From the NCBI RefSeq assembly GCF_001194135.2, contig NC_068992.1, positions 56,357,069-56,391,416 of the forward strand: a DNA stretch of 34,348 bases. The letters run 5' to 3'. Positions 1-10,150 of the stretch are shown piece by piece. The notes below the pieces were generated by a model. It worked only from the letters and a program-made list of their open reading frames with translations. It was not told where the DNA came from and did no database searches. The stretch is from Octopus bimaculoides. Its lineage: Eukaryota. The position numbers were made by a program, and so were the translations under genes. Every line of letters begins with the position of its first letter. Within the stretch, counting starts at the first letter, position 1.

Positions 1-145
1 ATATATATATATATATATATATATATATAGCTGTTTTATATATACATAGATACACTCATGCACACGCACGCACACGCACGCACGCACACATAAACAGACC
101 ATATGTATATAAAGAGGATTATATATATATATATATATATATATG
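1..145. repeat. (AT)n and (GCAC)n microsatellites
   Basis: Directly visible tandem repeats. Confidence 0.95.
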
Positions 146-860
146 TATTATCTTCTTTTCACAGAACAATGAAACTCGTGCAGAGAAGCAGGATAACAGA
201 AATAAAGGTCAAGCTTATATATGTGTGTTTCTAGTTAAAACCTATTGAACGCCAGCTCCGTGGAAAGGTAAGAACAAACAATTAGGCGTCAATAAATGTC
301 AAAACATTTCTTAACAACAAAAAGAAATGGCGTCTGTACTTTAAGCAATGTGTTTAATTTTCACAGCGCGACCTATCATTTAAGATTTACTAAAAGAAAA
401 AACATTCTTAAGCTTATCTTAATTCCTTCACACANNNNNNNNNNTTTGAATGGTACAACAATGCACTATAATACAAAATATGGACTATATACCTATTGTA
501 ATTTAGTTATCTATAAGTCCGATGATATTTCGGACTACATTTCCTTCTTCAGATATTCTTAGATGGAGTCTCTGCTATAAACTGTTTTCCAACGGCTTTT
601 CTTTTTTCGGAAGCGTCTCAGTAGTGGTCTCACGAAGCCCCTTCCGGAATTCCTCATGAGAAGTGCGTGACGTCGGCTATTTTTCAATCTCATGTGTGTT
701 GGTACATCTGTGGCGCTGCTTCTAAGTTATGTGTTATACGTGCAGCTTCTCTTTTTCCCCCCTTCTTTTTTTTCTCTTTTTTTTTTATAAACAATACATG
801 AGCATGTTATTAAGAATGAACCTACACACATGCAGATGTAGCTAAATAATATATTGATTA

Positions 861-1230
861 AAAGTAAGGTGATGAAATGTTCGAGAGACGGTAGAATGGA
901 TGTGAGTATAAATGGTGAGATGTTAGAGGAAGTGAGTATTTTTATGTATATGGGATCACATGTGACAGTGGATGGGGGTTGACTGAGGAAGTGGAATACA
1001 GAGTGAGGGAGGGGAGTAAGATACTTAGAGTTGTGAAAGGTATGCTGAGAGATAATAGATTGAGTATGAAAGCGAAAAGAGGTGTGTATGAGGGCGTGAT
1101 TGTGCCGACAATGTTATATGGTGCAAAGATAGTGGGGCTGAAAAGGCGAAAAGGAGGCGACTAGATGATGTGTTTGAGATGAGATGTTTGAGGGCTATTG
1201 TTGGTGTGACACGGATGGACAGGAGTTAAC
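861..1230 (+). mobile_element. RTE-clade LINE reverse transcriptase C-terminal fragment (frameshifted)
   Basis: Joined frames read KSKVMKCSRDGRMDVSINGEMLEEVSIFMYMGSHVT / EEVEYRVREGSKILRVVKGMLRDNRLSMKAKRGVYEGVIVPTMLYGAK / VFEMRCLRAIVGVTRMDR. These match the RTE RT end motifs KxKVM, YLGS-like, PxxLYG and EMxCLR. Confidence 0.85.
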
Positions 1231-1384
1231 AAGAGTTAACAAGTGAGACAGAGACAGGCAGAAGCAACAAAAATGCCGCTGTTACTTGAATACTATACAA
1301 ATATGTCTTTAAAAAGACTTTTCTTTTAAATTTACCAAACTTTAATTTTTAAATAATTTTTCAAAAATCTATTATTAATATTTA

Positions 1385-1422
1385 CTGTTGAAAAGATCTC
1401 AAGGATCGAAACCGGTTCTGTA
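1385..1422 (+). ncRNA. Degenerate minimal hammerhead-ribozyme-like motif (Penelope pLTR type)
   Basis: CTGTTGA-AAA-GATCT-CAA-GGATC-GAAA-CCGG-TTC-TGTA: core-like CUGNNGA, stem II, GAAA and a palindromic CCGG stem III. A6 is non-canonical and stem I is not supported. Confidence 0.45.
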
Positions 1423-2069
1423 NNNNNNNNNNNNNNNNNNNNNNNNNNNNNNNNNNNNNNNNNNNNNNNNNNNNNNNNNNNNNNNNNNNNNNNNNNNNNN
1501 NNNNNNNNNNNNNNNNNNNNNNNNNNNNNNNNNNNNNNNNNNNNNNNNNNNNNNNNNNNNNNNNNNNNNNNNNNNNNNNNNNNNNNNNNNNNNNNNNNNN
1601 NNNNNNNNNNNNNNNNNNNNNNNNNNNNNNNNNNNNNNNNNNNNNNNNNNNNNNNNNNNNNNNNNNNNNNNNNNNNNNNNNNNNNNNNNNNNNNNNNNNN
1701 NNNNNNNNNNNNNNNNNNNNNNNNNNNNNNNNNNNNNNNNNNNNNNNNNNNNNNNNNNNNNNNNNNNNNNNNNNNNNNNNNNNNNNNNNNNNNNNNNNNN
1801 NNNNNNNNNNNNNNNNNNNNNNNNNNNNNNNNNNNNNNNNNNNNNNNNNNNNNNNNNNNNNNNNNNNNNNNNNNNNNNNNNNNNNNNNNNNNNNNNNNNN
1901 NNNNNNNNNNNNNNNNNNNNNNNNNNNNNNNNNNNNNNNNNNNNNNNNNNNNNNNNNNNNNNNNNNNNNNNNNNNNNNNNNNNNNNNNNNNNNNNNNNNN
2001 NNNNNNNNNNNNNNNNNNNNNNNNNNNNNNNNNNNNNNNNNNNNNNNNNNNNNNNNNNNNNNNNNNNNN

Positions 2070-2147
2070 CACACACACACACACACGCACGCACGCACGC
2101 ACACACACACGCACGCACGCACGCATGTATGTCTGTATGTATGTATG
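2070..2147. repeat. (CA)n/(GCAC)n/(TATG)n compound microsatellite
   Basis: Directly visible. Confidence 0.95.
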
Positions 2148-2577
2148 AAAAATTAATAATAACAGCTGTTTGCAACGTTATACCGTAAAGGAAAATTATA
2201 GCCGTTGACTAAACTTGACCAACACCTACGTTGCTAGAAATAGGAGCTAAAATACTCCACTGCTGTTATAAAGCACATGACATACTCTGATAGGGGCTGC
2301 AATCGTCCCGAACGCCGAACCGAGGATTCCTGACCGAGATGTGCGAGATTTAGTAATCCATTGTAAAATTTATGTTATATTAGCTATGAAGGAAGAGAAT
2401 CCCAATAGTGAAGGGGTAAATATATAATATGTAATTATTTAAAGTTTATAGATTAAAGGGGTTAAGGGTTATTAGAAAGGGATATTGAATAGATTTCGAG
2501 ATAACAGAGGATATTCTATGAATGATACGACACCCCAGATAACTCGTGCTATCAAATTACAGTAAATATACTTATTA

Positions 2578-3915
2578 TTAACTGATTCTGAAGTATTTAA
2601 AGGTACGGGTAATCCTATGAGCACATGACACTCTAAGATCTAATTTATTATTAGTTATTTTTTTTTTTATCTCTATAGTCGAATATTTCATGTATCTCCA
2701 TACATCATAGTTCACATTCATACCGGCTATTTGTGTATGGCTGAGCTCTACGGACTATATCCTATTTTGGGCTGAGTTTAATATTATTTTCATTTTTGTA
2801 GTTACTGCTGGTTTTATGCCCAAGTCCAAAGGACGAAAATGGTTATTCAGGCGTTTTTTCAAATTCCCGGAGCACCCAATGAAGTTATCAGTTTCTGTCA
2901 TTACTGTACATTTTTATATAATATTACCTGCTAAACATTGACCTAATAACGGGCATTAGGATCTTTCCCTACAATTGCAACTGCGATTATTATTATTATT
3001 ATTATTATTATCATTATTATTATTATTATTATTATTATCATTATTATTATTATTATTATTATTAGCATTACTTACCCTATTATTAATATTTATAGCGACA
3101 TCATTCGGGGATACTGCTCAAACTCGTAGAACTATCATCATGTCTTATGTCACCATTATTCGAGTTATTATAATAGGTATTATTACTTATATTTATATTA
3201 ACCCTACTGCTTTCGATTGTATCATTAGATGTTATGCCATCAACCTGTAATGGTTACATTTGGGATATTTGGTGTTTCATCTATGGTTTATTGGCTCCGT
3301 TAATATCAACTATGCTGATTGCATTGTTACTTGCTGAGAGTGGGTCATCAGTATTATCCTTGATATTATTGATTATTACACACCTACTGTTATTAGAATC
3401 ATTATTAGGCGTTAATCCACTATTACTATTATCATTATCAATTTCGCGGGCTGCGTTTATATTTTTTCAGTTCAAGCAGGTTATAATCCTACCTAGATGT
3501 GGAAGGATGGAATATGAGACTCCGATTCTCCTATGGGAGAAACGTTTGCTATATTTATGTGAAGCTGGGAAGTTCTTCTCCCAAATCGCCATAATTTATT
3601 GCATATATCAGTAGAAATTGCGTAATTGAAAGGAAGGTTATACCAGACCATATCACTCTTAGTATTCCTACATTTACGAAACGGATCAGTCCCTCTGCTA
3701 TCTCCGAAACTCTAGTTAGATTATCGTTATTGGTATTTATGTTATTGTTAAAATTGGCACCATTCTTCTCATTCTTGTCATTGCTATTATTATGCATGCT
3801 AGATATTTTACTGTCCTTAGTTTCTATTTTATTATTGTTATACATCCTATTCTTTATTTTAATAGCAACGTTATGGGCAATTCTAGTAGATCTTTATGCT
3901 AGATTAGCTGAACTA
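2578..3915 (-). mobile_element. Decayed Penelope-like element: RT-thumb/linker region plus Cys motif and GIY-YIG endonuclease
   Basis: Minus strand, joining frames: VI-WYNLPFNYAISTDICNK-MAIWEKNFPASHKYSKRFSHRRIGVSYSILPHLGRIITCLN*KNIN, then an Asn-rich linker. It continues CNCRERS*CPLLGQCLAGNII*KCTVMTETDNFIGCSGNLKKRLNNH / DIVRRAQPYTNSRYECEL* / ITNNKLDLRVSCAHRITRTFKYFRIS*. This matches the PLE motifs IWFNxPF, HK..IF...VSYS..N...I..HN, CNC..CP..G.CL, xIY..YIG and ELxSxCxH. Confidence 0.88.
2986..3063. repeat. (ATT)n microsatellite inside the PLE ORF (poly-Asn on minus strand)
   Basis: Directly visible; in frame with the CNCR motif. Confidence 0.95.
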
Positions 3916-3917
3916 TT

Positions 3918-4150
3918 AAGGTGGCGAGCTGGCCGAAATGTTAGAAAGCCGGGCGAAATGCTTAGCGGTATTTCGTCTGCCACTGCGTTCTGAGTTCAAA
4001 TTCCGCCGAGGTCGACTTTGCCTTTCATCCTTTCGGGGTCGATAAATTAAGTACCAGTTACGCACTGGGGTCGATATAATCGACTTAATCCGTTTGTCTG
4101 TTCTTGTTTGTCCCCTCTGTGTGTAGCCCCTTGTGGGCAGTAAAGAAATA
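3918..4150 (+). mobile_element. tRNA-derived SINE family B, tail type 1
   Basis: Head GGCGAGCTGGCCGAAATGTTAG with B box GAGTTCAAATTCC; core GCCTTTCATCCTTTCGGGGTCGATAAATTAAGTACCAG; tail CCCCTTGTGGGCAGTAAAGAAATA. Many related copies in the window. Confidence 0.9.
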
Positions 4151-4292
4151 GGTATTTCGTCCGTCTTTTCATTCTGAGTTCTAATTCCGCCGAGGGTCGA
4201 TAAATTAAGTACCAGTTGCGTACTGGGTCGATCTAATCGACTAGAACCCTCCCCCAAAATTTCGGGCTTGTGCCTAGAGTAGAAAAGATTAC
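4151..4292 (+). mobile_element. SINE B tail type 2 monomer, 5'-truncated, ~27-nt internal deletion
   Basis: Directly follows the previous copy. The deletion lies between the two GGTCGA motifs of the core; tail CCCCCAAAATTTCGGGCTTGTGCCTAGAGTAGAAAAGATT. Confidence 0.85.
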
Positions 4293-5170
4293 NNNNNNNN
4301 NNNNNNNNNNNNNNNNNNNNNNNNNNNNNNNNNNNNNNNNNNNNNNNNNNNNNNNNNNNNNNNNNNNNNNNNNNNNNNNNNNNNNNNNNNNNNNNNNNNN
4401 NNNNNNNNNNNNNNNNNNNNNNNNNNNNNNNNNNNNNNNNNNNNNNNNNNNNNNNNNNNNNNNNNNNNNNNNNNNNNNNNNNNNNNNNNNNNNNNNNNNN
4501 NNNNNNNNNNNNNNNNNNNNNNNNNNNNNNNNNNNNNNNNNNNNNNNNNNNNNNNNNNNNNNNNNNNNNNNNNNNNNNNNNNNNNNNNNNNNNNNNNNNN
4601 NNNNNNNNNNNNNNNNNNNNNNNNNNNNNNNNNNNNNNNNNNNNNNNNNNNNNNNNNNNNNNNNNNNNNNNNNNNNNNNNNNNNNNNNNNNNNNNNNNNN
4701 NNNNNNNNNNNNNNNNNNNNNNNNNNNNNNNNNNNNNNNNNNNNNNNNNNNNNNNNNNNNNNNNNNNNNNNNNNNNNNNNNNNNNNNNNNNNNNNNNNNN
4801 NNNNNNNNNNNNNNNNNNNNNNNNNNNNNNNNNNNNNNNNNNNNNNNNNNNNNNNNNNNNNNNNNNNNNNNNNNNNNNNNNNNNNNNNNNNNNNNNNNNN
4901 NNNNNNNNNNNNNNNNNNNNNNNNNNNNNNNNNNNNNNNNNNNNNNNNNNNNNNNNNNNNNNNNNNNNNNNNNNNNNNNNNNNNNNNNNNNNNNNNNNNN
5001 NNNNNNNNNNNNNNNNNNNNNNNNNNNNNNNNNNNNNNNNNNNNNNNNNNNNNNNNNNNNNNNNNNNNNNNNNNNNNNNNNNNNNNNNNNNNNNNNNNNN
5101 NNNNNNNNNNNNNNNNNNNNNNNNNNNNNNNNNNNNNNNNNNNNNNNNNNNNNNNNNNNNNNNNNNNNNN

Positions 5171-5222
<52 letters not shown>

Positions 5223-5427
5223 TTGAAAGTATGTTTGTTAACATCTGGTCGATTCCGAAATATGTCACTATGCTAAGGATGCCATGTCTTGTGCGCACCA
5301 TTAACATATAATATCCATTAAGAAACATGAGAAAATGAGAGACAAGAAACAAGAATTTGTTAACGATCGAAGTAGGTCTACATTTAGTAACAAGTTGAAG
5401 CCATAAAATAGCATCGTATATGTATGT

Positions 5428-5473
<46 letters not shown>

Positions 5474-5486
5474 GTAAACATATATC

Positions 5487-5531
<45 letters not shown>

Positions 5532-5542
5532 NNNNNNNNNNC

Positions 5543-5618
<76 letters not shown>

Positions 5619-5640
5619 CACACACGCACACATATATATG
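5171..5640. repeat. (CA)n, (TATC)n and (TA)n microsatellites around gaps
   Basis: Directly visible, with intervening unique sequence. Confidence 0.9.
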
Positions 5641-5902
5641 TATATGAAAAATGTAAGTGCGCATACATATGAATATATACCTATATATATAGGTGTTTAT
5701 GTCGATAAATATTGACTTGTATACCTGTATATGCATATGTACATAGGTATATGTTTGTTACATTTATGTACTTATACATGCTTATATACATACATTGTTG
5801 TGTCTGTATATGTGTGCGTGTGCGTGTGTATGTGTGTAAGTTTATATATATGTAGATGTTTACGCTGGGCGATTATTTAGTATTAGTAAAATTTAAAATT
5901 TT

Positions 5903-5982
5903 AAAATAAACAATTCTACTCGATTTTCTGGTTGACTATTTTCTCGCTGTCAGCCCGAAAATTGAGTAGAATTGTTTATTTT
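5903..5982 (+). other. 34-bp inverted repeat / pre-miRNA-like hairpin
   Basis: 5903-5936 pairs with 5949-5982 with one T-C mismatch and two G.T wobbles; 12-nt loop. Confidence 0.8.
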
Positions 5983-6233
5983 TCTTTGAAATTCACCCCC
6001 ACGTATATACATGTACAAGATAAAGAAACACAAAAACGTGGAGAAAGAACAAACAAGGGTGTTTAACGCTCGGGAAAATGGAAGAAGTCTATAACGTTTC
6101 ATTATGTATTACACACTAGAATGTATAATATTATATATTGTACACTAGAATGAAAAATGCGAGTGTAGAGTGCTAGAATATTTTTCTGAGATTATTTGGA
6201 AAAGTACAGGTTAAGAAAAAAAAACGTTAAGTG

Positions 6234-6411
6234 GGCGCAGGAGTGGCTGTGTGGTAAGTAACTTGTTTACCAACCACACGGTCCCGGCTTCAGTCCCACT
6301 GCGTGGCACTTTGGGCAAGTGTCTTCTACTATAGCCTCGGGTCGACCAAGGCCTTGTGAGTGGATTTGGTAGACGGAAACTGGAAGAAGCCCGTCGTATA
6401 TGTATATATAA

Positions 6412-6444
<33 letters not shown>

Positions 6445-6513
6445 TGTGTATGTGTTTGTGTGTCTGTTTGTCCCCCCACCATCACTTGACAACCGGTTCG
6501 GCAAAAGAGACCG
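6234..6513 (+). mobile_element. tRNA-derived SINE family A (CORE-like domain), internal deletion, 3'-truncated
   Basis: A box TGGCTGTGTGG and B-box-like GCTTCAGTCCC; CACTTTGGGCAAGTGTCTTC resembles the CORE domain (recalled); internal TATG/TG microsatellite. Confidence 0.9.
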
Positions 6514-6757
6514 CTTGTATTTATAATGTGATTCTTACGGCGTATCAATGTCATAAAGAATTACCCAGAGCCGACCTTTAAATTACAACTTCTGTCCTCC
6601 TGAATGTGGATTCCTACAGTTTCTGTTTTCATGTTTTCAGTCACACTCTTGGCTTCTTTAGAAGCTACGATAAAAGCTGCTTAAAGAAAATTCTAGAAGT
6701 ATTTTCGAGTGGGAACCCTTATAATTGTGAAACCAAATTCCTAATCAGTCTGCTTTG

Positions 6758-6758
6758 G

Positions 6759-6822
<64 letters not shown>

Positions 6823-7035
6823 TCATATATGTATATATATATATANNNNNNNNNNNNNNNNNNNNNNNNNNNNNNNNNNNNNNNNNNNNNNNNNNNNNNN
6901 NNNNNNNNNNNNNNNNNNNNNNNNNNNNNNNNNNNNNNNNNNNNNNNNNNNNNNNNNNNNNNNNNNNNNNNNNNNNNNNNNNNNNNNNNNNNNNNNNNNN
7001 NNNNNNNNNNNNNNNNNNNNNNNNNNNNNNNNNNN

Positions 7036-7070
<35 letters not shown>
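6758..7070. repeat. (TATC)n/(TA)n microsatellite spanning a gap
   Basis: Directly visible. Confidence 0.9.
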
Positions 7071-7627
7071 CAACAAATGTAATTATATACAAAACATGTA
7101 ATTGATGTATATTTCTCACATAACGGTATGTGTGTTAAAGTATGATTCTGATATCAAACAACTTGAATATTCTTCATCGTTTTTCTTTTCGTGTTTTTCT
7201 CTTCTTTTCTTCGATAAACGAAACCGATAACGTATTATTTTAAAAGACGTTCAATTATAAAAAGGAAAAATGAATGTAAAATCAACTTCAAGATTTGTAT
7301 TATCTGCTAAAAGCACAATAATATCAATGTAGGAGGCTGCAGTCACGAATTCAGTTTATTTATCTTTCCCAATGTACTGTCAATTTAGCTAAGCTAAACA
7401 TTGATAATAGTAAAGGAAAATATGGCAAGAAATTCCCCTCTCCCTATTACATGGGCAAAATCCAATAGCGGATGCTTTCTCTTCATCCGTTCTTGTTCCT
7501 TACATCCTGTGTTTCTATAGGAATGAGGTACATGACAAAATATATTCGGAAATTACACTCGCTTTAATTTACAATATGTTTAGTATTGGCGAAGAAGTTA
7601 CAATAGATTCTTTGGATAATAAAATAC

Positions 7628-8157
7628 GCCCTGATGCAGTACCAGACAGTGGATCTCATGGCTTCTGATCTTAACTGACTGGAAATATTATCATGTACAT
7701 TGTTTTGTCTTCATATAAAAGATGGGCTACAGCAAATATTCTGCTCAATACCACAGATTTGCTTGTCAGTTGTTTGACCTTAACCAACTGAACATGTCCC
7801 TTAGTGGCTGATGATATGTGCATCTTTGAACACGATCAGAAGTTGCGAGGAAGCATCATAGCCATGTGTTGAGAGGAATTCTTTGGGATTTGGATAATTC
7901 ACTTTTGGAAACACGGGTGTTTCGTTCATCATGCTTAAACAAACCTTATTCAGGGACCGTTTGCGCGGGATGGGCTACTCAACCAGACGAACATTTTGAC
8001 TGGGTCCCACCTACAAGGTCATGCGCTGTTTATCTTGATATGATATGAGATCATCATATCGTGCACATATGGTTGTTATGCATGTGCTTGGTGTACCATT
8101 ATTTGAAGGGTAATCATGATGGGTATATTGGATTTCATATTTTTACCCCAGTGACAC

Positions 8158-8159
<2 letters not shown>
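7628..8159 (+). mobile_element. Interspersed repeat family C (~530 bp), 3' end joined to (AAT)n
   Basis: Reverse-complement homology to 24626-24912 and 12296-12453. Preceded by GATAATAAAATAC and followed by (AAT)n; no tRNA A/B boxes seen. Confidence 0.8.

Positions 8160-8210
<51 letters not shown>
8160..8210. repeat. (AAT)n
   Basis: Directly visible. Confidence 0.95.
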
Positions 8211-8211
<1 letters not shown>

Positions 8212-8424
8212 GTTTTAAATTTTTCAACGAGGGCAGCAATGTTTTTTGATGGGGGAGGAGTCGATTACACCGACCCTAGTGCTCAACTGGTACTTATTTT
8301 ATCGACCCCGAAAGGATGAAAGGTAAAGTCGATCACAGCGGAATTTGAACTCAGAACGTGAAGACGGACGAAATACCGCTATGCATTTTGCCCGGCGTTT
8401 TAACGATTGTGTCAGCTAGCCGAC

Positions 8425-8427
<3 letters not shown>
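8211..8427 (-). mobile_element. SINE B copy
   Basis: Reverse complement of head and core (ATCGACCCCGAAAGGATGAAAGG, GAATTTGAACTCAGAACGT); flanked by (AAT)n on both sides. Confidence 0.9.
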
Positions 8428-8483
<56 letters not shown>

Positions 8484-8486
<3 letters not shown>

Positions 8487-8759
8487 CCTTTCTGCTATAG
8501 GCACACGGCCTGAAATTCGGGGGCGAGGGGGAGCCGATTACATTGACCCCCAGTACTCAACTGGTATTTGTTTTATTGACCCCGAAATGATGAACGGTAA
8601 TGTTGACCCCCGGCAGAACTTGAACTCAGAACGCAAAGACGGAGGGATGAAAGACAAAGCTGACCTGGGCGGAATTTGAACTCAAAATGTAAAGAGCTGG
8701 AAGAAATTCAGCTAAGCATTTTATCCGACGCGGTGATGATTCTGCCAGACAGCCGCCTT
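8484..8759 (-). mobile_element. SINE B copy with ~55-bp internal duplication of the B-box/core segment
   Basis: The segment GATGAA..GTTGACC..GAAYTTGAACTCA occurs twice (about 8590-8650 and 8646-8695). Confidence 0.85.
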
Positions 8760-8775
8760 TGTTATCATTAAGAAT

Positions 8776-8974
8776 GGTTTCGAAATTTGGCACGAAGCCA
8801 GCAACTTTAAAAGAGGTGGTAGGCCTATTACATCCACTCAGTATTCAACTGGTACTTATTTTATCCACTCCCCAAAAATGAAAGACAAATTCAATTTCGG
8901 TGGCATTTGAGCTCAGAACATAAAACCGGATATTTTTGTCCGGCGTGCCATCGATTCTGCCAGTTCACGGCCTT
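8776..8974 (-). mobile_element. SINE B copy (older)
   Basis: TCAACTGGTACTTATTTTATC...TTTGAGCTCAGAAC...TTCTGCCAG. Confidence 0.8.
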
Positions 8975-9739
8975 TATCATTATTAATAATGCAGTAGATT
9001 TTACAACACTTAATCTATTTCCGTGAGGTTCTTCCAAAATATGGACACTTTCTTTTGCTCTATGTTGATACTGTTTTAGCGATCAACTGAATGATCAATT
9101 TTTTTTTATTTCTATAAGGTATGAAAGCTATCATACTACATTATGCTTGCTGATATTGTGCTTTCACATTTCTTAATGCGTTTTATAATATATTTATTCA
9201 AGCTGTTTATTCAGTCAGTAACGATTTCTATTATATTCCAGTGATTCAATATGCATTCAATGCCAGAATATAGGCTGGTTCTCGTTTTATTTTCTTCATA
9301 TTCTACAATAGTTTCGTAATCTTCTCTCCCACGTTTCTTTTATTTCTTGTGCTATAATTAAATATTTAAGGATATAAACGATGAAAGCTGCCCCGTTTCA
9401 TTCAGAGGAAATATGCATATTATTTGGCATTTTCAAGGAAGCTGAGAGCGACATTATTTGATATCATATACTTCCGTTTTTCAAATATACTTTCTGTATT
9501 TAATATGAAATATATAAATATTTTATGCAAAAACAAGATTATAGAAAGGAGCAATAGTTTCTCAGGAAATAATAAAATCTTTACAAAAGTTAAAAGTATG
9601 CAAAGGAATATTCTGTAATCACGTATAAAATCCATATGTGGTAATTGCAATAGATTTATTTGCAATAAATACATGGGCAGCTCGCAATTAAAACCTTTGT
9701 GACCCCTCAAAATACTAGGCTTTACTATCGTTGAAGAAT

Positions 9740-10137
9740 TCTCTTTATTTCTTTATTCATTTGTTTCAGACATTTGATTGCAGCCATGCTGGAGCATCGC
9801 CTTTAGTCGAGTAAATCAACCCCAGGACTTATTCTTTGTAACCCTAGTACTTATTCTATCGGTCTCTTCCAAACCACTAGGTTACGCGGACGTAAACACA
9901 CCAGCATCGGTTATCAAGCGATGTTGGGGGGGGGGCAAACACAGACATGCACACACGCACACATATATATACACGATGAGCTTCTTTCAGTTTCCGCCTA
10001 CCAAATCCACTCACAAGGATTTAGTCGGTCCGAGGCTATAGTAGAAGACACTTGCCCAAGGTGCCACGTAGAGTGACTGAACATGGAACCATGTGGTTGG
10101 TAAGCAAGCTACTTACTACACAACCACTCCTGCGCTT
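9740..10137 (-). mobile_element. SINE A, full length, possible 8-bp TSD
   Basis: Head-to-tail homology with the other A copies. Flanks TGAAGAAT (9732-9739) and TGACGAAT (10139-10146) differ at one base. Confidence 0.9.
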
Positions 10138-10150
10138 CTGACGAATGATG

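Noticed and set aside
165-267. Possible mini-exons (165-207; 235-267 LKPIERQLRGK with AAG|GTAAGA donor)
   Set aside because: Too short to distinguish from chance, the 27-nt spacing is too small for an intron, and no partner exons were found.
2291-2971. hAT-like TAGGG...CCCTA ends
   Set aside because: The TIRs do not match beyond 5 bp, there is no 8-bp TSD, and the interval is explained by the PLE.
3234-3993. Leu-rich membrane-protein-like ORFs on the + strand
   Set aside because: They are the antisense reading of the Asn-rich PLE sequence plus a SINE head.
6010-6100. Fragment ending ACGTTTC, recalled as a PLE terminal repeat
   Set aside because: Only the GAAAC half of a hammerhead core is present and no second copy exists in the window.
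8160-8990. Repeat-spacer-like alternation
   Set aside because: These are microsatellites and SINE copies in eukaryotic DNA, not a CRISPR array; there are no constant-length repeats and spacers or cas genes.
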